The notes below the pieces were generated by a model. That model saw only the letters and a program-made list of their open reading frames with translations. It ran no database searches and was not told the DNA's origin. A stretch of 64,000 nt of DNA from Auanema rhodensis. Its lineage: Eukaryota > Animalia > Nematoda. Position 1 is the first letter of the stretch, and the number at the start of each line of letters is the position of its first letter. The stretch spans positions 3,906,001 to 3,970,000 of the forward strand of contig OZ059900.1 in assembly GCA_964057225.1 (NCBI GenBank), read 5' to 3'. The position numbers and the translations under genes were made by a program. Positions 1 through 11,630 of this stretch are shown one piece after another.

Positions 1-348
1 GTAAAAATAGACTGATTTTGTGTATTGTGTGTTTGATTCTCAAATCTTAACAAATATGATCAAAATTTACAAGTATTACAGATTTTGTACCAAAAATCGG
101 TGAGTATATTTTGTTAAAGGCATAAAAACGACCATACTTAGTGTAGTAATGCTATTTGAGCGAAATTCAGTGATTCAAACATCATTAGTGTTTAATCAAT
201 GACTTTTGTTGTCATAGACAATAAAACTATGCTTTTGATCATATATATGAGCGATTTAGCCAAATTGGACTCAAAACTCGGAAAATTCAAAAATTCTTTC
301 TATTTTCGACCTTTTTTGATCAAAATGAATAAATATCAGTGCAAACTC
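1..348. repeat. Representative monomer (348 bp, arbitrary phase)
   Basis: The next unit starts at 349. It has about 98/348 G+C, three TGATCA sites (57, 236, 317) and many A/T tracts. Confidence 0.97.
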
Positions 349-3300
349 ATAAAAATAGACTGATTTTGTGTATTGTGTGTTTGATTCTCAAATCTTAACA
401 AATATGATCAAAATTTACGAGTATCACAGATTTTGTAACCAAAAATCGGTGAGTATATGGTGTTAAAGGCAAAAAACGACCATACTTAGTGTAGTAATGC
501 TATTTGAGCGAAATTCAGTGATTTAAACATTATTAGTGTTTAATCAGTGACTTTTGTTGTCATAGAAAATGAAACTATGCTTTTTATCATATATATGAGC
601 GATTAACCAAATTGGACTCAAAACTCGGAAATTTCAAAAATTCTTTCTATTTTCGACCTTTTTTGATCAAAATGAATAAATATCAGTGCAGACTCATGAA
701 AATAGACTGATTTTGTGTATTGTGTGTTTGATTCTCAAATCTTACCGAATATGATCGAATTTTACGAGTATTACAGATTTTGTACCAAAAATCGGTGAGT
801 ATATGGTGTTAGAGGCATAAAAACGACCATACTTAGTGTAGTAATGGTATTTGAGCGAAATTCAGTGATTCAAACATTATTAGTGTTTAATCAATGACTT
901 TTGTTGTCATAGACAATAAAACTATGCTTTTGATCATATATATGAGCGATTCAGCCAGATAGGACTCAAAACTCGGAAAATTCAAAAATTCTTTCTATTT
1001 TCGACCTTTTTTGATCAAAATGAATAAATATCAGTGCTAACTCGTAAAAATAGACTGATTTTGTGTAATGTTTGTTTGATTCTCGAATCTTAACAAATAT
1101 GATCGAAATTTACGAGTATTACAGATTTTGTACCAAAAATCGGTGAGTATATGGTGTTAAAGGCATAAAAACGACCATACTTAGTGTAGTAATGCTATTT
1201 GAGCGAAATTAAGTGATTTTAACATCACTAGCGTTTAATTGATGACTTTTGTTGTCATAGACAATAAAACTATGCTTTTGATCATATATATGAGCGATTA
1301 ACCAAATTGGACTCAAAACTCGGAAATTTCAAAAATTCTTTCTATTTTCGACCTTTTTTGATCAAAATGAATAAATATCAGTGCAGACTCATGAAAATAG
1401 ACTGATTTTGTGTATTGTGTGTTTGATTCTCAAATCTTAACGAATATGATCAAAATTTACAAGTATTACAGATTTTGTACCAAAAATCGGTGAGTATATT
1501 TTGTTAAAGGCATAAAAACGACCATACTTAGTGTAGTAATGCTATTTGAGCGAAATTCAGTGATTTAAACATCATTAGTGTTTAATTAATGACTTTTGTT
1601 GTCATAGACAATAAAACTATGCTTTTGATCATATATATGAGTGATTTAGCCAAATTGGACTCAAAACTCGGAAAATTCAAAAATTCTTTCTATTTTCGAC
1701 CTTTTTTGATCAAAATGAATAAATATCAGTGCAAACCCGTAAAAATATACTGATTTCGGTATTGTGTGTTTGATTCTCGAATCTTACCGAATATGATCAA
1801 AATTTACGAGTATCACAGATTTTGTACCAAAAATCGGTGAGTATATGGTGTTAAAGGCATAGAAACGACCATACTTAGTGTAGTAATGCTATTTGAGCGA
1901 AATTAAGTGATTTTAACATCACTAGCGTTTAATTGATGACTTTTGTTGTCATAGACAATAAAACTATGCTTTTGATCATATATATGAGCGATTAACCAAA
2001 TTGGACTCAAAACTCGGAAATTTCAAAAATTCTTTCTATTTTCGACCTTTTTTGATTAAAATGAATAAATATCAGTGTAAACTCGTAAAAATAGACTGAT
2101 TTTGTGTATTGTGTGTTTGATTCTCAAATCTTAACAAATATGATCAAAATTTACAAGTATTACAGATTTTGTACCAAAAATCGGTGAGTATATTTTGTTA
2201 AAGGCATAAAAACGACCATACTTAGTGTAGTAATGCTATTTGAGCGAAATTCAGTGATTCAAACATCATTAGTGTTTAATCAATGACTTTTGTTGTCATA
2301 GACAATAAAACTATGCTTTTGATCATATATATGAGCGATTTAGCCAAATTGGACTCAAAACTCGGAAAATTCAAAAATTCTTTCTATTTTCGACCTTTTT
2401 TGATCAAAATGAATAAATATCAGTGCAAACTCATAAAAATAGACTGATTTTGTGTATTGTGTGTTTGATTCTCAAATCTTAACAAATATGATCAAAATTT
2501 ACGAGTATCACAGATTTTGTAACCAAAAATCGGTGAGTATATGGTGTTAAAGGCAAAAAACGACCATACTTAGTGTAGTAATGCTATTTGAGCGAAATTC
2601 AGTGATTTAAACATTATTAGTGTTTAATCAGTGACTTTTGTTGTCATAGAAAATGAAACTATGCTTTTTATCATATATATGAGCGATTAACCAAATTGGA
2701 CTCAAAACTCGGAAATTTCAAAAATTCTTTCTATTTTCGACCTTTTTTGATCAAAATGAATAAATATCAGTGCAGACTCATGAAAATAGACTGATTTTGT
2801 GTATTGTGTGTTTGATTCTCAAATCTTACCGAATATGATCGAATTTTACGAGTATTACAGATTTTGTACCAAAAATCGGTGAGTATATGGTGTTAGAGGC
2901 ATAAAAACGACCATACTTAGTGTAGTAATGGTATTTGAGCGAAATTCAGTGATTCAAACATTATTAGTGTTTAATCAATGACTTTTGTTGTCATAGACAA
3001 TAAAACTATGCTTTTGATCATATATATGAGCGATTCAGCCAGATAGGACTCAAAACTCGGAAAATTCAAAAATTCTTTCTATTTTCGACCTTTTTTGATC
3101 AAAATGAATAAATATCAGTGCTAACTCGTAAAAATAGACTGATTTTGTGTAATGTTTGTTTGATTCTCGAATCTTAACAAGTATGATCGAAATTTACGAG
3201 TATTACAGATTTTGTACCAAAAATCGGTGAGTATATGGTGTTAAAGGCATAAAAACGACCATACTTAGTGTAGTAATGCTATTTGAGCGAAATTAAGTGA

Positions 3301-3720
3301 TTTTAACATCACTAGCGTTTAATTGATGACTTTTGTTGTCATAGACAATAAAACTATGCTTTTGATCATATATATGAGCGATTAACCAAATTGGACTCAA
3401 AACTCGGAAATTTCAAAAATTCTTTCTATTTTCGACCTTTTTTGATCAAAATGAATAAATATCAGTGCAGACTCATGAAAATAGACTGATTTTGTGTATT
3501 GTGTGTTTGATTCTCAAATCTTAACGAATATGATCAAAATTTACAAGTATTACAGATTTTGTACCAAAAATCGGTGAGTATATTTTGTTAAAGGCATAAA
3601 AACGACCATACTTAGTGTAGTAATGCTATTTGAGCGAAATTCAGTGATTTAAACATCATTAGTGTTTAATTAATGACTTTTGTTGTCATAGACAATAAAA
3701 CTATGCTTTTGATCATATAT
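1..3720. repeat. HOR domain L: 6-monomer HOR, period 2084 bp, about 1.8 copies visible
   Basis: The private insertion gtaacc lies at 435 and 2519. The variants gaaaatgaaactatgcttttt, gaattttacg, ggtatttg and gctaactcg recur at the same 2084 bp offset. Confidence 0.93.
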
Positions 3721-3984
3721 ATGAGCGATTTATCCGAATTGGACTCAAAACTCGGAAAATTCAAAAATTCTTTCTATTTTCGACCTTTTTTGATCAAAAT
3801 GAATAAATATCAGTGCAAACTTGTAAAAATAGACTCATTCCGTGTATTATGTGTTTGATTCTCGAATCTTAGCAAATATGATCGAAATTTACAAGTATTA
3901 CAGATTTTGTATCAAAAATCGGTGAGTATATTTTGTTAAAGGCATAAAAACGACCATACTTAGTGTAGTAATGCTATTTGAGCG

Positions 3985-6900
3985 AAATTCAGTGATTTAA
4001 ACATCATTAGTGTTTAATTAATGACTTTCGCTGTCAAAGACAATAAAACTATGCTTTTGATCATATATATGAGCGATTTAGCCAAATTGGACTCAAAACT
4101 CGGAAAATTCAAAAATTCTTTCTATTTTCGACCTTTTTTGATCAAAATGAATAAATATCAGTGCAAACTTGTAAAAATAGACTTATTTCGTGTTTTATGT
4201 GTTTGATTCTCGAATCTTAGCAAATTTGATCGAAATTTACAAGTATTACAGATTTTGTACCAAAAATCGGTGAGTATATGGTGTTAAAGGCAAAAAACGA
4301 CCATACTTAGTGTAGTAATGCTATTTGAGCGAAATTCAGTGATTTAAACATTATTAGTGTTTAATTAATGACTTTTGTTGTTATAGACAATAAAACTATG
4401 CTTTTGATCATATATATGAGCGATTTATACAAATTGGACTCAAAACTCGGAAATTTCAAAAAATTCTTTCTATTTTCGACCTTTTTTGATCAAAATGAAT
4501 AAATATCAGTGCAGACTCATGAAAATAGACTGATTTTGTGTATTGTGTGTTTGATTCTCAAATCGTAACAAATATGATCAAAATTTACGAGTATCACAGA
4601 TTTTGTACCAAAAATCGGTGAATCTATGGTGTTAAAGGTATAAAAACGACCATACTTAGTGTAGTAATGCTATTTAAGCGAAATTCAGTGATTTAAACAT
4701 CATTTATGTTTAATTAATGACTTTTGTTGTCATAGACAATAAAACTATGCCTTTGATCATATATATGAGCGATTTATACAAATTGGACTCAAAACTCGGA
4801 AAATTCAAAAATTCTGTCTATTTTCGACCTTTTTTGATCAAAATGAATAAATATTAGTGCAAACTCATAAAAATAGACTGATTCTGTGTATTGTGTATTT
4901 GATTCTCAAATCGTAACAAATATGATCAAAATTTACGAGTATCACAGAATTTGTACCAAAAATCGGTGAGTATATGGTGTTAAAGGCATAAAAACGACCA
5001 TACTTAGTGTAGTAATGCTATTTGAGCGAAATTCAGTGATTTAAACATCATTAGTGTTTAATTAATGACTTTTGTTGTTATAGACGATGAAACTATGATT
5101 TTGATCATATATATGAGCGATTTAGCCAAATTGGACTCAAAACTCGGAAATTTCAAAAATTCTTTCTATTTTCGACCTTTTTTGATCAAAATGAATAAAT
5201 ATCAGTGCAGACACATGAAAATAGACTGATTCTGTGTATTGTGTGTTTGATTCTCAAATCGTAACAAATATGATCAAAATTTACGAGTATCACAGAATTT
5301 GTACCAAAAATCGGTGAGTATATGGTGTTAAAGGCAAAAAACGACCATACTTAGTGTAGTAATGCTATTTGAGCGAAATTCAGTTATTTAAACATCATTA
5401 GTGTTTAATTAATGACTTTTGTTGTTATAGACAATAAAACTATGCTTTTGATCGTATATATGAGCGATTTATACAAATTGGACTCAAAACTCGGAAAATT
5501 CAAAAATTCTGTCTATTTTCGACCTTTTTTGATCAAAATGAATAAATATTAGTGCAAACTCATAAAAATAGACTGATTTTGTATATTGTGTGTTTGATTC
5601 TCAAATCGTAACAAATATGATCAAAATTTACGAGTATCACAGAATTTGTACCAAAAATCGGTGAGTATATGGTGTTAAAGGCAAAAAACGACCATACTTA
5701 GTGTAGTAATGCTATTTGAGCGAAATTCAGTGATTTAAACATTATTAGTGTATATTTGGAGACTTTCGTTATCACAGACAATAAAACTATGCTTTTGATC
5801 ATAGATATGAGCGATTTAGCCAAATTGGACTCAAAACTCGGAAAATTCAAAAATTCTTTCTATTTTCGACCTTTTTTGATCAAAATGAATAAATATCAGT
5901 GCAAACTTGTAAAAATAGACTTATTCCGTGTATTATGTGTTTGATTCTCGAATCTTAGCAAATATGATCAAAATTTACAAGTATTACAGATTTTGTACCA
6001 AAAATCGGTGAGTATATGGTGTTAGAGGCATAAAAACGACCATACTTAGTGTAGTAATGCTTTTTAAGCGAAATTCAGTGATTTAAACATCATTAATGTT
6101 TAATTAATGACTTTTGTTGTCATAGACAATAAAACTATGCTTTTGATCATATATATGAGCGATTAACCAAATTGGACTCAAAACTCGGAAAATTCAAAAA
6201 TTCTTTCTATTTTCGACCTTTTTTGATCAAAATGAATAAATATCAGTGCAAACCCGTAAAAATATACTGATTTCGGTATTGTGTGTTTGATTCTCGAATC
6301 TTACCGAATATGATCAAAATTTACGAGTATCACAGATTTTGTACCAAAAATCGGTGAGTATATGGTGTTAAAGGCATAGAAACGACCATACTTAGTGTAG
6401 TAATGCTATTTGAGCGAAATTAAGTGATTTTAACATCACTAGCGTTTAATTGATGACTTTTGTTGTCATAGACAATAAAACTATGCTTTTGATCATATAT
6501 ATGAGCGATTAACCAAATTGGACTCAAAACTCGGAAATTTCAAAAATTCTTTCTATTTTCGACCTTTTTTGATTAAAATGAATAAATATCAGTGTAAACT
6601 CGTAAAAATAGACTGATTTTGTGTATTGTGTGTTTGATTCTCAAATCTTAACAAATATGATCAAAATTTACAAGTATTACAGATTTTGTACCAAAAATCG
6701 GTGAGTATATTTTGTTAAAGGCATAAAAACGACCATACTTAGTGTAGTAATGCTATTTGAGCGAAATTCAGTGATTCAAACATCATTAGTGTTTAATCAA
6801 TGACTTTTGTTGTCATAGACAATAAAACTATGCTTTTGATCATATATATGAGCGATTTAGCCAAATTGGACTCAAAACTCGGAAAATTCAAAAATTCTTT

Positions 6901-9900
6901 CTATTTTCGACCTTTTTTGATCAAAATGAATAAATATCAGTGCAAACTCGTAAAAATAGACTGATTTTGTGTAATGTTTGTTTGATTCTCGAATCCTAAC
7001 GAATATGATCGAAATTTACGAGTATTACAGATTTTGTACCAAAAATCGGTGAGTATATGGTGTTAAAGGCATAAAAACGACCATACTTAGTGTAGTAATG
7101 CTATTTGAGCGAAATTAAGTGATTTTAACATCACTAGCGTTTAATTGATGACTTTTGTTGTCATAGACAATAAAACTATGCTTTTGATCATATATATGAG
7201 CGATTAACCAAATTGGACTCAAAACTCGGAAATTTCAAAAATTCTTTCTATTTTCGACCTTTTTTGATTAAAATGAATAAATATCAGTGTAAACTCGTAA
7301 AAATAGACTGATTTTGTGTATTGTGTGTTTGATTCTCAAATCTTAACGAATATGATCAAAATTTACAAGTATTACAGATTTTGTACCAAAAATCGGTGAG
7401 TATATTTTGTTAAAGGCATAAAAACGACCATACTTAGTGTAGTAATGCTATTTGAGCGAAATTCAGTGATTTAAACATCATTAGTGTTTAATTAATGACT
7501 TTCGTTGTCATAGACAATAAAACTATGCTCTTGATCATATATATGAGCGATTTAGCCAAATTGGACTCAAAACTCGGAAATTTTAAAAATTCTTTCTATT
7601 TTCGACCTTTTTTGATCAAAATGAATAAATATCAGTGCAGACTCATGAAAATAGACTGATTTTGTGTATTGTGTGTTTGATTCTCAAATCTTAACGAATA
7701 TGATCAAAATTTACAAGTATTACAGATTTTGTACCAAAAATCGGTGAGTATATTTTGTTAAAGGCATAAAAACGACCATACTTAGTGTAGTAATGCTATT
7801 TGAGCGAAATTCAGGGATTTAAACATCACTAGCGTTTAATTGATGACTTTTGTTGTTATAGACAATAAAACTATGCTTTTGATCATATATATGAGCGATT
7901 TAGCCAAATTGGACTCAAAACTCGGAAATTTCAAAAATTCTTTCTATTTTCGACCTTTTTTGATCAAAATGAATAAATATCAGTGCAAACTCATAAAAAA
8001 AGACTTTTTTCGTGTATCATGTGTTTGATTCTCGAATCTTAACAAATATGATCAAAATTTACGAGTATAACAGAATTTGTACCAAAAATCGGTGAGTATA
8101 TGGTGTTAAAGGCAAAAAACGACCATACATAGTGTAGTAATGCTATTTGAGCGAAATTCAGTGATTTAAACATCATTAGTGTTTAATCAATGACTTTTGT
8201 TGTTATAGACAATAAAACTATGCTTTTGATCATATATATGAGCGATTTATACAAATTGGACTCAAAACTCGGAAATTTCAAAAAATTCTTTCTATTTTCG
8301 ACCTTTTTTGATCAAAATGAATAAATATCAGTGCAAACTCATGAAAATAGACTGATTTTGTGTATTGTATGTTCGATTCTCGAATCTTAACAAATATGAT
8401 CAAAATTTACGAGTATCACAGATTTTGTACCAAAAATCGGTGAATCTATGGTGTTAAAGGTATAAAAACGACCATACTTAGTGTAGTAATGCTATTTAAG
8501 CAAAATTCAGTGATTTAAACATCATTAATGTTTAATTAATGACTTTTGTTGTCATAGACAATAAAACTATGCTTTTGATCATATATATGAGCGATTCAGC
8601 CAGATAGGACTCAAAACTCGGAATCTTCAAAAATTCTTTCTATTTTCGACCTTTTTTGATCAAAATGAATAAATATCAGTGCAGACTCATGAAAATAGAC
8701 TGATTTTGTGTATTGTGTGTTTGATTCTCAAATCTTAACAAATATGATCAAAATTTACGAGTATCACAGAATTTGTACCAAAAATCGGTGAGTATATGGT
8801 GTTAGAGGCATAAAACCGACCATACTTAGTGTAGTAATGCTGTTTGAGTGAAATTCAGTGATTTAAACATTATTAGTGTTTTCTTAATGACTTTTGTTGT
8901 CATACACAATAAAACTATGCTTTTGATCATATATATGAGCGATTTAGCCAAATTGGACTCAAAACTCGGAAAATTCAAAAATTCTTTCTATTTTCGACCT
9001 TTTTTGATCAAAATGAATAAATATCAGTGCAAACTCATAAAAATAGACTGATTTTGTGTATTGTATGTTCGATTCTCGAATCTTAACAAATATGATCAAA
9101 ATTTACGAGTATCACAGATTTTGTACCAAAAATCGGTGAATCTATGGTGTTAAAGGTATAAAAACGACCATACTTAGTGTAGTAATGCTATTTAAGCGAA
9201 ATTCAGTGATTTAAACATTATTAGTGTTTAATTAATGACTTTTGTTGTTATAGACAATAAAACTATGCTTTTGATCATATATATGAGCGATTTATACAAA
9301 TTGGACTCAAAACTCGGAAAATTCAAAAATTCTGTCTATTTTCGACCTTTTTTGATCAAAATGAATAAATATCAGTGCAAACTTGTAAAAATAGACTTAT
9401 TTCGTGTTTTATGTGTTTCATTCTCGAATCTTAGCAAATATGATCGAAATTTACAAGTATTACAGATTTTGTACCAAAAATCGGTGAGTATATGGTGTTA
9501 GAGGCATAAAACCGACCATACTTAGTGTAGTAATGCTATTTGAGTGAATTTCAGTGATTTAAACATTATTAGTGTTTTCTTAATGACTTTTGTTGTCATA
9601 GACAATAAAACTATGCTTTTGATCATATATATGAGCGATTCAGCCAGATAGGACTCAAAACTCGGAAATTTCAAAAATTCTTTCTATTTTCGACCTTTTT
9701 TGATCAAAATGAATAAATATCAGTGCAGACTCATGAAAATAGACTGATTTTGTGTATTGTGTGTTTGATTCTCGAATCTTAACAAATATGATCAAAATTT
9801 ACGAGTATCACAGAATTTGTACCAAAAATCGGTGAGTATATGGTGTTAAAGGCAAAAAACGACCATACTTAGTGTAGTAATGCTATTTGAGCGAATTTCA

Positions 9901-11630
9901 GTGATTTAAACTACATTAGTGTTTAATCAATGACTTTTGTTGTCATAGACAATAAAACTATGCTTTTGATCATATATATGAGTGATTTAGCCAAATTGGA
10001 CTCAAAACTCGGAAATTTCAAAAATTCTTTCTATTTTCGACCTTTTTTGATCAAAATGAATAAATATCAGTGCAGACTCATGAAAATAGACTGATTTTGT
10101 GTATTGTGTGTTTGATTCTCGAATCTTAACAAATATGATCGAAATTTACAAGTATTACAGATTTTGTACCAAAAATCGGTGAGTATATGGTGTTAGAGGC
10201 ATAAAACCGACCATACTTAGTGTAGTAATGCTATTTGAGTGAATTTCAGTGATTTAAACATTATTAGTGTTTTCTTAATGACTTTTGTTGTCATAGACAA
10301 TAAAACTATGCTTTTGATCATATATATGAGCGATTCAGCCAGATAGGACTCAAAACTCGGAAATTTCAAAAATTCTTTCTATTTTCGACCTTTTTTGATC
10401 AAAATGAATAAATATCAGTGCAGACTCATGAAAATAGACTGATTTTGTGTATTGTGTGTTTGATTCTCAAATCTTAACAAATATGATCAAAATTTACGAG
10501 TATCACAGAATTTGTACCAAAAATCGGTGAGTATATGGTGTTAGAGGCATAAAACCGACCATACTTAGTGTAGTAATGCTATTAGAGTGAAATTCAGTGA
10601 TTTAAACATTATTAGTGTTTTCTTAATGACTTTTGTTGTCATACACAATAAAACTATGCTTTTGATCATATATATGAGCGATTTCGCCAAATTGGACTCA
10701 AAACTCGGAAAATTCAAAAATTCTTTCTATTTTCGACCTTTTTTGATCAAAATGAATAAATATCAGTGCAAACTCATGAAAATAGACTGATTTTGTGTAT
10801 TGTGTGTTTGATTCTCAAATCTTAACAAATATGATCAAAATTTACGAGTATCACAGAATTTGTACCAAAAATCGGTGAGTATATGGTGTTAAAGGCAAAA
10901 AACGACCATACTTAGTGTAGTAATGCTATTTGAGCGAAATTCAGTGATTTAAACATCATTAATGTTTAATTAATGACTTTTGTTGTCATAGACAATAAAA
11001 CTATGCTTTTGATCATATATATGAGCGATTTAGCCAAATTGGACTCAAAACTCGGAAATTTCAAAAATTCTTTCTATTTTCGACCTTTTTTGATCAAAAT
11101 GAATAAATATCAGTGCAAACTCGTAAAAATATACTGATTTTGTGTATTATGTGTTTGATTCTCAAATCTTAGCAAATATGATCAAAATTTACAAGTATTA
11201 CAGATTGTGTACCAAAAATCGGTGAGTATATGGTGTTAAAGGCAAAAAACGACCATACTTAGTGTAGTAATGCTATTTGAGCGAAATTCAGTGATTTAAA
11301 CAATATTAGTGTTTAATTAATGACTTTTGTTGTTATAGACGATAAAACTATGATTTTGATCATATATATGAGCGATTTATACAAATTGGACTCAAAACTC
11401 GGAAAATTCAAAAATTCTGTCTATTTTCGACCTTTTTTGATCAAAATGAATAAATATTAGTGCAAACTCATAAAAATAGACTGATTTTGTGTATTGTGTG
11501 TTTGATTCTCGAATCTTAGCAAATATGATCGAAATTTACAAGTATTACAGATTTTGTACCAAAAATCGGTGAGTATATGGTGTTAAAGGCAAAAAACGAC
11601 CATACTTAGTGTAGTGATGCTATTTGAGCA
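3985..11630. repeat. HOR domain A, copy 1 (22 monomers, 7646 bp)
   Basis: The marker atgactttcgctgtcaaagac lies at 4021, 11667 and 19312. ORF series 5756/13402/21047, 9235/16880/24525 and 10587/18232/25877 share the period. Confidence 0.95.

Noticed and set aside
97-334. Splice-donor-like g/gtgagt (about 99-105) and AATAAA hexamers (about 220, 328) in each monomer
   Set aside because: Short motifs like these are expected by chance in AT-rich DNA. There is no exon structure or transcript evidence, and RNA-seq would be needed.
1-348. Assignment to a named satellite of similar length (e.g. Drosophila 359-bp, tenebrionid 340-360 bp, or plant ~350 bp families) or a CENP-B box
   Set aside because: Similar length and AT content are not homology. 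I do not recognise the sequence and see no canonical CENP-B box. A database search is required.
1-348. Tandem 5S rRNA, tRNA, snRNA or spliced-leader gene array
   Set aside because: No recognisable conserved RNA sequence, Pol III internal promoter boxes or cloverleaf was found, and there is no gene/spacer contrast within the unit.
3985-11630. 22-mer as a simple dimer of an 11-mer
   Set aside because: Only a short stretch matches at offset 11. The 6-mer-derived block has no counterpart in the other half.
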